From Chloroflexota bacterium (GTDB taxonomy: Bacteria > Chloroflexota > Dehalococcoidia > Lucifugimonadales > Lucifugimonadaceae): a DNA stretch of 31,498 bases. The stretch spans positions 1-31,498 of the forward strand of contig PBHC01000014.1 in assembly GCA_002719295.1 (NCBI GenBank), in the 5' to 3' direction. Within the stretch, counting starts at the first letter, position 1; the number at the start of each line of letters is the position of its first letter. A model generated the notes under the pieces. It was not told where the DNA came from, did not search any database, and saw only the letters and a program-made list of their open reading frames with translations. Made by a program: the position numbers and the translations under genes. Below, in pieces: positions 17,781 through 26,788 of the stretch.

Positions 17781-19097
17781 ATGAATAATATAAATAATTC
17801 AAAAAAACTTTATACTAAGGCAAAAAAATATATAGCTGGTGGTATTTCTTCTCAAATAAGAGTTTTAGAACATTCTGAGATTCCTCTTTTTATAAAAAAT
17901 GCTAAAGGGTCAAAAATTTGGGATGTTGATGATAATGAGTATATTGATTATATTCAAGGGATGGGTCCTAATATTTTTGGGCATGCACCTGAATTTATTA
18001 ATAAGCAAGTTTCTGAGGAAATAAATAAAGGAATGATTTATGCTGCACAGTTTGATAAAGAAATTGAAGTAGCTGAAAAATCATTGAACATTCTTAATAC
18101 TAATGATTGGACAGTTAGATTTGCATCAAGCGGAACTGAAATTGATCAATTACTTATTCGATTAATGAGAGGTTATACAAATAGGCAATTATTTGTAAAA
18201 TTTGAAGGTCATTATCATGGTTGGATGGATTCGATTAATTATTCTGTTCATCCTGATTTAGAATTAGCAGGAGATAAATCTAGCCCAGAAGCTGTTCCTG
18301 AATCTAAAGGAATGGATGAGAATACAAAAAATAGCGTGATAATTGCTAGATGGAATGACATAGAACACCTAAAAGATATTTTCAAGAAATACGATCATCA
18401 AATTGCTGGAGTTTTAATGGAACCTATACTTGCTAATACAAATTGTATAATTCCTGATGAAGGATATATAGAATCTGTAAAAAAACTTTGTGAAGAAAAT
18501 GGATCTTTACTAGCATTTGATGAAGTTATAACTGGATTCAGAATATTGGGAGGAAGTGCTAAAGAATATTTTGGAGTAAATCCTGACTTAGCTACTTTTG
18601 CAAAATCATTTGCAGGAGGATTCCCAATTGCAATGCTTGCAGGTAAAAGAGAAATAATGGATTATGTTGGAGATGGCACTGTTTACCATGGAGGTAGCTT
18701 TAACTCAAACGTTGCTTCAATAGCAGCCGCAAATGCATCGCTGGATCAGATGATTAATAACAAAAACTTCTTTGAAGATTTGGATAAAAAAGGAAAAAAA
18801 TTAATCACAGGAATTAATAAACTTTCCAGAGATATTGATATAAATATACATGCTCAAGGCCTTGGATCTGTTTTTTCTATTTCTTTTACAGATAAAGATC
18901 ATATTAGAGACTGGAGAGACCATTTTATCAATTGTGATGAAAGCAAGTATAAGTATTTTTGTGAAATAGCTTTTAATAAAGGAATTAGACTTTCTTCAAA
19001 TGGTAGAGTTCATTTAGCTACTACTCATACTGAAGATGATATTGAAAAAACATTAGAAATGTTTAAGGTCTCATTATTAGAGATGAAAAAAAATTAG
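17781..19097 (+). CDS. Class III PLP aminotransferase, glutamate-1-semialdehyde aminomutase-like
   Basis: GSKIWDVDDNEYID, FASSGTE, KFEGHYHGW, FDEVITGFR, PLP Lys in FAKSFAGGFP. HGGSFNSN replaces the HemL QAGTLSGN motif, so hemL is not assigned. Confidence 0.9.
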   Translation: MNNINNSKKLYTKAKKYIAGGISSQIRVLEHSEIPLFIKNAKGSKIWDVDDNEYIDYIQGMGPNIFGHAPEFINKQVSEEINKGMIYAAQFDKEIEVAEKSLNILNTNDWTVRFASSGTEIDQLLIRLMRGYTNRQLFVKFEGHYHGWMDSINYSVHPDLELAGDKSSPEAVPESKGMDENTKNSVIIARWNDIEHLKDIFKKYDHQIAGVLMEPILANTNCIIPDEGYIESVKKLCEENGSLLAFDEVITGFRILGGSAKEYFGVNPDLATFAKSFAGGFPIAMLAGKREIMDYVGDGTVYHGGSFNSNVASIAAANASLDQMINNKNFFEDLDKKGKKLITGINKLSRDIDINIHAQGLGSVFSISFTDKDHIRDWRDHFINCDESKYKYFCEIAFNKGIRLSSNGRVHLATTHTEDDIEKTLEMFKVSLLEMKKN

Positions 19098-20173
19098 CTA
19101 GATAGCTTTTCTATGATTTTCATATCAAAATCTATACCTAATCCTGGTCCTTCAGGAATTTCAAGTAATCCATTTTTAATTTTTATAGGCTCCTTTAATA
19201 TTGGAAAGTTATCTCTTATTGAGATGTTTTCAATATTATATTCTTGAGCATATGGAAAATTATCACTAGAACAAACGAAGTGTGCATGAGCTACAGTACT
19301 TATGATTGGTTGGGTATTGTGGCATGTTAATGGTATTCCTAAAATATCTGCTAATTTAGAGATTTTTATGAAAGTAGTGAACCCTGGTGTTTTTACTATG
19401 TCTGGTTGAACAATATCGACTTTTCCTTTTAGTATCAAATCTTTATATTCATATTCACTGTAAATATTTTCTCCAGATGCTATAGGTATGTCTAAAGATT
19501 CTGAAATTTTTCTCAAACCGTCGAGATCATAATGAGGTCTAGGTTCTTCAAAATGGAACACTCCTAGTTGTTCTAGCTGTTTGCCAATTTCTATTGCATG
19601 ATGGACTGAATAAGCTCCATTTACATCAACTAAGATGTCAAAAGAATCTCCAACTGCTTTTCTTACTTCTGTTACCGTTTCTATAGTCTGATCCGCATCA
19701 TCATCAATCTTTCCAGGAACCGCGCTATGAAGTTTATATGCCTTGAATCCTTGTTCAGCATAATAAACAGCTCTTTTAGCTTCATCAGTTGGACTAAGAT
19801 CTCTTTTCATAGAACTCGCATAAACTGGCATTTTTTCTTTTGTTTTCCCTCCAAGTAAATTATAAATTGGTTGATTTAAAGATTTCCCTTTTATATCCCA
19901 TAAAGCAATATCTATACCAGCTATTGCAATCCAAATAGCTCCACCTATTTCCAGGGCATTTCCTGCCCGAATCATGTCCTTAAATCTTTGTTCTGTGTTA
20001 ACAGGATCCTTCCCTATTAAAGCAGGTTCTAGGAGATTTTCAACAATAGATTTTGTAATCCTAGGTTGACGCCTGAAACACTCACCGTATCCTATAATAC
20101 CTTCGTCTGTGGAAACAAAAATAAAAGGAAAGTTGTTATCTAAAATTTCACACTTAATTGATGTAATTTTCAT
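19094..20173 (-). CDS. Mandelate racemase / muconate lactonizing enzyme family protein
   Basis: GIDIALWDIKGK, AYKLH (KxH), VDVN, FEEP, SGEN, QPD, CHN, QEY, PGLGI. Confidence 0.92.
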   Translation of the reverse strand: MKITSIKCEILDNNFPFIFVSTDEGIIGYGECFRRQPRITKSIVENLLEPALIGKDPVNTEQRFKDMIRAGNALEIGGAIWIAIAGIDIALWDIKGKSLNQPIYNLLGGKTKEKMPVYASSMKRDLSPTDEAKRAVYYAEQGFKAYKLHSAVPGKIDDDADQTIETVTEVRKAVGDSFDILVDVNGAYSVHHAIEIGKQLEQLGVFHFEEPRPHYDLDGLRKISESLDIPIASGENIYSEYEYKDLILKGKVDIVQPDIVKTPGFTTFIKISKLADILGIPLTCHNTQPIISTVAHAHFVCSSDNFPYAQEYNIENISIRDNFPILKEPIKIKNGLLEIPEGPGLGIDFDMKIIEKLSS

Positions 20174-20231
20174 AAATTTATTTTATAAACTTTTTTCATT
20201 CATTTTATACCTAATTTTATATTTTAAAAAG

Positions 20232-20266
20232 TCTTCATAAAATCTTCACATTTTACAAGGTATAGT
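20232..20266 (+). promoter_or_regulatory. Direct-repeat regulator box (TCTTCA x2, 11-bp period) followed by -10 TATAGT
   Basis: TCTTCA at 20232-20237 and 20243-20248, then TATAGT at 20261-20266, upstream of the MMPL gene. Confidence 0.5.
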
Positions 20267-20380
20267 TCAAAACTAATTAAATTGAAAAATGATAAGAATA
20301 TATGACAATATTGTATATGCAATGCAAAGAGTTTCTTATAAGCATATAATTTAAATGTCTATAAAAATCTTGAGGAAATA

Positions 20381-22747
20381 ATGAATTTAAAATCCCTGAC
20401 TTCTTTTTGCGCTCGTAAACCTTATCTTGTTATATTAATTTGGGTTATTTTATTAGGATTATCTGGTTTCTTATCTCAAAATTATCTTTCTGAAGCTTTA
20501 TCTGGAGGAGATGGAGCAACTATTGATACAGAATCAAAGCTTGCTAGTAAACTCAAGAATACAAAAATGGATTTATTAGAATCCAATAAACCTAAACAAA
20601 CTGTTTCAGAATCTCAAGATGAATCGTCAGATAATCTGCTTGTAATAAATTCAAATACTTATCAGTTTCCTTCTGATGAATATGCTAAAGCTATAGGGGA
20701 ATTTTTTGTATTAGTTCAAGATGAAATAAATAAAGCAGGTGTAGATCAAAATATTGGAACCGCTAAAGATTATCAGATTAATCCATCTCCTGATGGCACT
20801 ACAGTCATGATGGCAGCTCCATTTGTATCTGGTGAACTAGTGGGACCGCTTGTACATTTACTTGAAGAACATTCAAATGATGATTTTAATTTTTATTTTA
20901 TTGGACAAGAATCAATAGAGCATGCATTTTTAGAGCTTGCAGAAAAAGATCTTGTTACAGGTGAAACTATAGGTATTTCTGTAGCAATCATTATTCTTGC
21001 TTTAGTTTTTGGATCTGTAGCATCAGCATTTATACCAGTTATAATCGCAATAGTATCAATTACTATTGCTGTTGGGTTGATTTCTATAATTGGGCAATTT
21101 GTCAGTCTTAATGAATTTGTTCCAAACATAATGTCTATGATGGGCTTAGCTGTCGGTATTGATTATTGTTTGTTTATACTTTCGAGATATCGAGAAGAAA
21201 GAGAATTGGGAGTAGAAAAAATACAGGCAGTTATTAATTCTGGCTCAACTGCTGGCAAAGCTGTAATGTTTAGTGGATTAACTGTTGTTTTCGCTTTAGT
21301 TGGAATGTTTGTAATACCGGAAAAAACTTTTCATGCATTAGGAACCGGAGCTATAGTAGTAGTGTTTGTTGCAGTCTTTGCAGGAATTACTCTTTTACCT
21401 GCAATAGTTGGACTATTAGGAGATAGGGTTAATAGTTTTGAAGTTCCTAAATTAGCCACTATAGTATTATTTGTTATTGGATTTGCAATTATTGCAGTGA
21501 CACAAGAGCTAGGTCCAAAACTTCTAATAGTATCAGGAATAATTATGCTTATTATAATTTTGGTTTCTTTTTTGAGAAAAAAAGGAATTTCAATTAGATT
21601 CTTATCACCGAACACCAAATCAAATATTGATGAAGGCGGTTTCTGGAATGCAATAACAATTCAAGTAATGAAAAGATCTGTTCTAAGTATGTCTTTAGCC
21701 GTTTTGTTTCTAGTTATTCTTTCTTATTTTTACTTTGATTTAGAAAAGGGTACTAGTGGTATTTCTGCATTACCTGATGATGAACCAATGAAAGTAGGAT
21801 TTGAACTATTAAATGAAAAATATGGTTATGGTGCAGATATGCCTGCAAACATTGTAATAGATGCTAATGTAAGTACAGAAGAAATAGCTAATGCAATTTC
21901 TAGCCTTGAGTCAAAGTTATCTGAAGATGATTTTTTCCTTCCATCTGAAGTATTGGTTGAAGAAAGTATAAATTACGCTGAATTGACATCTATGATTCCA
22001 GGAGATCCCCAGAATCAACCTGCACTTAATGCAATCAAAAGACTTAGAAATGATATGATCCCTAGTTCATTTGAAGGAATTCCTGAAAGCGAATATAAAG
22101 TTTATGTTGGAGGGATTTCTGCTGAAGTAGTAGATGCAGTCACAATGACTGATGATTATTTCCCTTTAGTACTTGGAATTGTTCTTTTGCTCAGTCTGTT
22201 TTTACTTTTATTAGCATTTAGATCTATAACTATTTCAATTGCTTCAATAATTATGAATCTTTTATCTGTTGGAGCAGCTTATGGTCTTCTTGTTTTAGTA
22301 TTCCAAAAAGGATTTCTAATCGAAGTAATTGGATTTCAGCAAGTAGACCAACTAGAATTTTGGCTACCGTTATTTATGTTCAGTATTCTTTTTGGTTTAT
22401 CAATGGATTATCACGTATTTATGTTGAGTAGAATAAAAGAAAATTTTGATGAAACTAAATCAACTGACGAATCAGTTGCTTTTGGACTTAGGAAAACAGC
22501 AAGTATTATTACTGGTGCTGCTTTGATAATGGTAGCTGTTTTTGGAGGTTTTGCTTTAGGAGATATAACATTTTTTCAATCTATGGGATTTGGTCTCGGT
22601 GCAGCGGTTTTGATTGATGCAACAATTGTAAGATCAATTTTAGTACCTAGTGTATTGAAAATACTTGGTACAAGGGCGTGGTATCTTCCTGGTTGGTTAA
22701 ATTGGATACCTAATATTTCTATAGAAGGATCTACTGAAAAAGAATAA
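20381..22747 (+). CDS. MMPL family (RND superfamily) transporter
   Basis: Two proton-relay motifs, VGIDYCLFILSRYREE and LSMDYHVFMLSRIKE; TAGKAVMFSG; ITGAALIM; IDATIVR; AWYLPGWL; SD GAGGA. Confidence 0.93.
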   Translation: MNLKSLTSFCARKPYLVILIWVILLGLSGFLSQNYLSEALSGGDGATIDTESKLASKLKNTKMDLLESNKPKQTVSESQDESSDNLLVINSNTYQFPSDEYAKAIGEFFVLVQDEINKAGVDQNIGTAKDYQINPSPDGTTVMMAAPFVSGELVGPLVHLLEEHSNDDFNFYFIGQESIEHAFLELAEKDLVTGETIGISVAIIILALVFGSVASAFIPVIIAIVSITIAVGLISIIGQFVSLNEFVPNIMSMMGLAVGIDYCLFILSRYREERELGVEKIQAVINSGSTAGKAVMFSGLTVVFALVGMFVIPEKTFHALGTGAIVVVFVAVFAGITLLPAIVGLLGDRVNSFEVPKLATIVLFVIGFAIIAVTQELGPKLLIVSGIIMLIIILVSFLRKKGISIRFLSPNTKSNIDEGGFWNAITIQVMKRSVLSMSLAVLFLVILSYFYFDLEKGTSGISALPDDEPMKVGFELLNEKYGYGADMPANIVIDANVSTEEIANAISSLESKLSEDDFFLPSEVLVEESINYAELTSMIPGDPQNQPALNAIKRLRNDMIPSSFEGIPESEYKVYVGGISAEVVDAVTMTDDYFPLVLGIVLLLSLFLLLLAFRSITISIASIIMNLLSVGAAYGLLVLVFQKGFLIEVIGFQQVDQLEFWLPLFMFSILFGLSMDYHVFMLSRIKENFDETKSTDESVAFGLRKTASIITGAALIMVAVFGGFALGDITFFQSMGFGLGAAVLIDATIVRSILVPSVLKILGTRAWYLPGWLNWIPNISIEGSTEKE

Positions 22748-22804
22748 TTGTTTTTTTTGTGAAAATTATTATGTAATCTATCATTTTAGATTTATTATTT
22801 AATT

Positions 22805-23608
22805 ATGAAAAATAACAAAACAATTCAAGTCGCTCTTCTTGGTGGAAAAGGCACTGTAGGATCAGGTTTAAGGAAATATTTGCCTGTATTTGACTCAAAT
22901 TATAATTTTACTATTTTTGATTTAAGTGATTCTATAGATAAATTAAAAAATAAAAATATATCTGAGAAATTTGTTGATATAGATATATTAAATGAAACTC
23001 AAAAATTAAAAAAATATTTAAATGACAAAGATTTAATTATTTATTTAGCCAGAGTTGATCCTCTATATAAGATGAATCAAATGACAGATATCGTCTTTAA
23101 GTCTATTGAAGAGGTTTGTCCTGAATCTCTTGTAATTGCATCTAGCTCAGTACATGCTACTGGAGGTGCATATTTCCCTTTTGAAAATGAACCATACTAT
23201 TCTATTTCAAAAAGAAATTTTGAAAAATTGAAAAAATGGCCTGACTTATTAAGTTCAAATTTAGAACCTTGTCCGACTGGTGATTATGGTTTAGAAAAAG
23301 CATATGTTGAATCTTGGTGCCAAAGGTTTGCAGCTACAGGAAAATCTGCGATTGCTACAAGATGGGGTGGAATTAATGATAATAATCAGATGATAGATGA
23401 GGTTGCATATTTTTCCGTTTGGTGTCATCAAGAAGATTCAGCTCGATTCGTTGACAATTGTTATAAAACATTTCTAAAAGGAAAAATTAAATCTGGAGCT
23501 CATTATTATGTAGTATCTAATAATACTTATAATATTTTTGATATCGAAACACCAAAAATTGAGATAGGATATGAACCAAAACACGATTCTGAAATATTTT
23601 ATAAATAG
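22805..23608 (+). CDS. NAD-dependent epimerase/dehydratase family protein (uronate dehydrogenase-like extended SDR)
   Basis: LLGGKGTVG, ASSSVH, YGLEK (YxxxK), VSNN, IGYEP. Confidence 0.8.
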   Translation: MKNNKTIQVALLGGKGTVGSGLRKYLPVFDSNYNFTIFDLSDSIDKLKNKNISEKFVDIDILNETQKLKKYLNDKDLIIYLARVDPLYKMNQMTDIVFKSIEEVCPESLVIASSSVHATGGAYFPFENEPYYSISKRNFEKLKKWPDLLSSNLEPCPTGDYGLEKAYVESWCQRFAATGKSAIATRWGGINDNNQMIDEVAYFSVWCHQEDSARFVDNCYKTFLKGKIKSGAHYYVVSNNTYNIFDIETPKIEIGYEPKHDSEIFYK

Positions 23609-23653
23609 AAAACATAAAATTCATAAAACAATATTATAGAAAATGAGGATTTA

Positions 23654-24547
23654 ATGGAAATAGGCATAATAGGCTTAGGAAAAATGGGTGGACAGATAGC
23701 AGAGAAGTTGAACAAAAGCGACTTCAAGGTTTTTGGCTATGATCAGGATGAGAATATTTCAAATAGTGATACTTTTTCTTTTGAACTAGCCAAAAGTTTA
23801 GATGATTTATCAAATAAATTTCAAGGAAGAAAAATTCTTTGGGTAATGGTTCCAAGTGGAATTCCTACTGATAATACGATCTCTGATCTAATAGAATTAC
23901 TTGATGAGGGAGATGTGATAATTGATGGAGGGAATAGTTATTATAAAGATTCAATCAATAATTCAAAAAAATGTGAAGAAAAAAATATTGAATTTTTAGA
24001 CTGTGGAACAAGTGGGGGAGTCTGGGGATTAGAAAATGGTTTTTGTTTGACTATAGGTGGCAAAAAAGAAACATATTCAGATCTTTCAAAACTTTTTAAT
24101 ACTCTTTCAACCCCTGAATCTCCAAACGGTTTGTACGTTGGAATCGCTGGATCTGGTCATTATGTAAAGATGATTCATAATGGAATTGAGTATGGAATGA
24201 TGCAATCTATAGCTGAAGGTCTTGAAATATTAAAAAAGAAGGAAGAATTTAACCTAAACCTTGATGAAATTTCTCAGAATTGGAGATCAGGTTCAGTAAT
24301 TCAATCTTGGCTAATAGATCTAATTACTGATGAATTGAAAAATGACACAAAATTATCTAAATATAGTTCTATGGTTAGTGATTCTGGAGAAGGAAGATGG
24401 ACGATTAAGGAATCTATAGATCTATCTGTTCCGATTCCAAGTATTTATGCTTCAATTTCACAGAGGTTTAATTCAAAAAATAAAGACTCATTTTCAGGTA
24501 AAATTTTATCAGCAATGAGAAACGCTTTTGGAGGACATAAAGATTAA
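23654..24547 (+). CDS. gnd: 6-phosphogluconate dehydrogenase, decarboxylating (short type)
   Basis: GIIGLGKMG, VMVPSG, IDGGNS, DCGTSGGVWG, GHYVKMIHNGIEYGMMQ, DSGEGRWT, MRNAFGGH. Confidence 0.95.
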   Translation: MEIGIIGLGKMGGQIAEKLNKSDFKVFGYDQDENISNSDTFSFELAKSLDDLSNKFQGRKILWVMVPSGIPTDNTISDLIELLDEGDVIIDGGNSYYKDSINNSKKCEEKNIEFLDCGTSGGVWGLENGFCLTIGGKKETYSDLSKLFNTLSTPESPNGLYVGIAGSGHYVKMIHNGIEYGMMQSIAEGLEILKKKEEFNLNLDEISQNWRSGSVIQSWLIDLITDELKNDTKLSKYSSMVSDSGEGRWTIKESIDLSVPIPSIYASISQRFNSKNKDSFSGKILSAMRNAFGGHKD

Positions 24548-25598
24548 AGAAATAAGTACTGAAAATCTAATAATTGGAGCTGGAGTATTTGGACTTTCAA
24601 TAGCTAATTATCTTTTAGATTTAAATGAAGAAGTTATTTTGCTTGATAAATCAATAAACCCGAAAGAAGCTTCGCATTATGCTCTAGGTAGGATTGATCC
24701 AGTTTTGGGTGGAGCAGGGCATGGAAATGAAACTAAACCATTAGATGTTGCAAAGATTAGTACTCGAGCCTACAAAAAATTTTTAGATTTAGATAGTTCA
24801 TTCAAAAAAAATATTGATTTAGAAATTAAGCCAACCTATCACTTTTATAAAAATAAATCTGAATTTGAAGCGATTAGAAAAGTAATAGATGAAATAGATT
24901 TAGAAAAAAAATACTTTTCCTTGGAACATAAAGATATTTCTGATTTAGAATTTTTAAGTCAAAAATCTAATAAAATGGTTGCAAGATTTGAAGGAACAAT
25001 ATTTATAAATTCCAAGAAATATAGAGAAGAATTATTTAATAAAGTTTCTAAAAATTATTTTATAAATGATGAAGTAAAAAAAATATCTGAAGAAAAACAT
25101 ACAACCAAAGTTTTTGGTGAAAAAAACATCTATAATGCCAAAAAAGTTTTTATAGCAGCTGGACCATGGACTAATTCAATTAAAGGGATGAATTTAAAAG
25201 AAGAAATCATCCCATCTAAAGGTCAAATAATTAAGTTTCTTGATAAAGAAAATATGTTTACAAATTTCCACCTTCATGGCCCTTGTTCTATTGTAAGAAA
25301 GCAAGATGGATTGATTTGGGTAGCTGCTACTGTGGAAGATAAAGGCTTTGATAAAAATATAACTGAAGATTCTAAAAAAGAACTTTTGAAAAAAGCTATT
25401 CAAATATACCCTAAAATATCTGAATTTGAATTTCATAGTCAAACAGCTTGTTTAAGGCCAAGTATTAAGAGTGATTTACCTTTCATAGATAAAGTTTCTA
25501 ATAAAGAGATTTATGTAGCTAGCGGGGGAGATGGATGGGGGATAATGATGTCCATACTAGTAGGAGAAATTTTATATAAAATTTCAAATAAGGCTTAA
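24528..25598 (+). CDS. FAD-dependent oxidoreductase, DAO / glycine oxidase family
   Basis: IIGAGVFG, AAGPW, PSKGQ, ACLRP, GGDGWGIMMS. The start codon is uncertain (TTG overlapping gnd by 20 nt). Confidence 0.85.
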   Translation: MEDIKIKEISTENLIIGAGVFGLSIANYLLDLNEEVILLDKSINPKEASHYALGRIDPVLGGAGHGNETKPLDVAKISTRAYKKFLDLDSSFKKNIDLEIKPTYHFYKNKSEFEAIRKVIDEIDLEKKYFSLEHKDISDLEFLSQKSNKMVARFEGTIFINSKKYREELFNKVSKNYFINDEVKKISEEKHTTKVFGEKNIYNAKKVFIAAGPWTNSIKGMNLKEEIIPSKGQIIKFLDKENMFTNFHLHGPCSIVRKQDGLIWVAATVEDKGFDKNITEDSKKELLKKAIQIYPKISEFEFHSQTACLRPSIKSDLPFIDKVSNKEIYVASGGDGWGIMMSILVGEILYKISNKA

Positions 25599-26347
25599 AT
25601 TATTTTTATAGGATCATTTACATTTATTGATCCGCCTTTGGATATCAGCTTTAGTTTTATCCCAAAAGATGGTTCATTTATGCCATTTAAATCAGGCAAT
25701 ACTTTTAATATGTTTTTATCATACTTGCCTTCATTTGGATTGCAATTTACAGCAGCACATCTAGTTATAGTTTTTTCCACATTGAATTGTAGTCCATTTA
25801 TAAGAATTTTTTTTCCTATCCAATTTAATTCCTCAAATGCATCACAACCTTCCAAGATTATGTTACTTCTAAATCTTATTCCTTCTACATCATTAATTTT
25901 TTTATTTAATTTTTTTTCACTTGCCATAGAATGTAGACTTATAAGCCCGTCTTTAGTGTCGTGAAAACTGGTATTTTCATTATTTGGGAATATAAATCTA
26001 AATTTTTTTTTATAATTATTTTTATGTAAAAAAATCGATATTTTTTTTTCAATTTTTTCTTTTTCGGAAATATCAACTTTAATTTCCTTTTCATTAGGGA
26101 TTTTTATAATTATATTTTCAAATTTTTCATCAAATTTTATATTTATAAGAGATAAGTAAGGTACGTGCATTAATGAAAGATAATTTGTCTTTTTCAGCCA
26201 TTGATCATACTCATTTGAATCCTCTCCTAATCTGAATGCCCCAACTCTGTCTCCAATTATTTTTCCTGAATCATTAATTTCAACATGACTCTTTTTTTCT
26301 TCTGTAAATGACTTAATTGGAAATCTAAATAGTGAATTTATTTTCAT
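25595..26347 (-). CDS. MOSC domain-containing protein
   Basis: LFRFPIKS, GDR, RFRSNI, ELNWIGK, conserved Cys in ITRCAA. Start moved to ATG 26347 because an upstream small ORF ends at 26349. Confidence 0.85.
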   Translation of the reverse strand: MKINSLFRFPIKSFTEEKKSHVEINDSGKIIGDRVGAFRLGEDSNEYDQWLKKTNYLSLMHVPYLSLINIKFDEKFENIIIKIPNEKEIKVDISEKEKIEKKISIFLHKNNYKKKFRFIFPNNENTSFHDTKDGLISLHSMASEKKLNKKINDVEGIRFRSNIILEGCDAFEELNWIGKKILINGLQFNVEKTITRCAAVNCNPNEGKYDKNILKVLPDLNGINEPSFGIKLKLISKGGSINVNDPIKII

Positions 26348-26348
26348 A

Positions 26349-26492
26349 TTAGCTACCACTTTCATTTAGAGAAAAAATTATAAAATAAATTGAAATTATA
26401 GTAGAGCCTATAGTTATTATTGAAAAAAAGATCCATTCTTTTTGAGTATTAGGAATATTTACAGGGATATTCTTCCATTTAAAATTTCTCAT
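26349..26492 (-). CDS. Unannotated 47-aa single-pass membrane protein
   Basis: MRNFKWKNIPVNIPNTQKEWIFFSIITIGSTIISIYFIIFSLNESGS*. Starts 2 nt after the DUF1330 stop and ends 1 nt before the MOSC ATG. Confidence 0.7.
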   Translation of the reverse strand: MRNFKWKNIPVNIPNTQKEWIFFSIITIGSTIISIYFIIFSLNESGS

Positions 26493-26494
26493 TA

Positions 26495-26782
26495 CTAAAT
26501 GCCTTCTACAACGAAACTTTCACTGGTAGATGCTTTTAATCTAATTGCTGCAACAGGTTTATAATCTTCAGAATTTCTAAAATCGTTCATGTCTTCTGCA
26601 GTTGGGAATTCAAGTATAACAATTCTTTTAGGTTTCCAAGTTGTATTATCAGATAAAATTTCTCCTCCTCTTACTATGTATTTCCCACCATATTTTTTTA
26701 TGACTGAAGGAACCAGTTTCATGTATTCTTTGTAAGCATTCCAATCTTTCACTTCTATACTACTTATGGAGTAAACGGACAT
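26495..26782 (-). CDS. DUF1330 family protein
   Basis: YKEY, KYGGKYIVRGG, RIVILEFP, SEDY...R; 95 aa. Confidence 0.9.
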   Translation of the reverse strand: MSVYSISSIEVKDWNAYKEYMKLVPSVIKKYGGKYIVRGGEILSDNTTWKPKRIVILEFPTAEDMNDFRNSEDYKPVAAIRLKASTSESFVVEGI

Positions 26783-26788
26783 ATTATT

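Noticed and set aside
17665..17802. 46-aa N-terminal extension of the epimerase-like ORF (similarly 9864-9926, 9827-9907 and 27320-27358)
   Set aside because: These are AT-rich open stretches overlapping neighbouring genes; downstream ATGs match the family N-termini better.
17781..19097. Assignment as hemL
   Set aside because: HemL-specific motifs are diverged and there is no tetrapyrrole gene context.
24528..25598. Assignment as thiO
   Set aside because: It lacks the GHYRNG motif (has GDGWG) and no thiS or thiG is nearby.
26366..26494. Short hairpins suggesting an ncRNA or riboswitch
   Set aside because: The interval is better explained by the 47-aa ORF that fills it exactly, and the stems are short and AT-rich.
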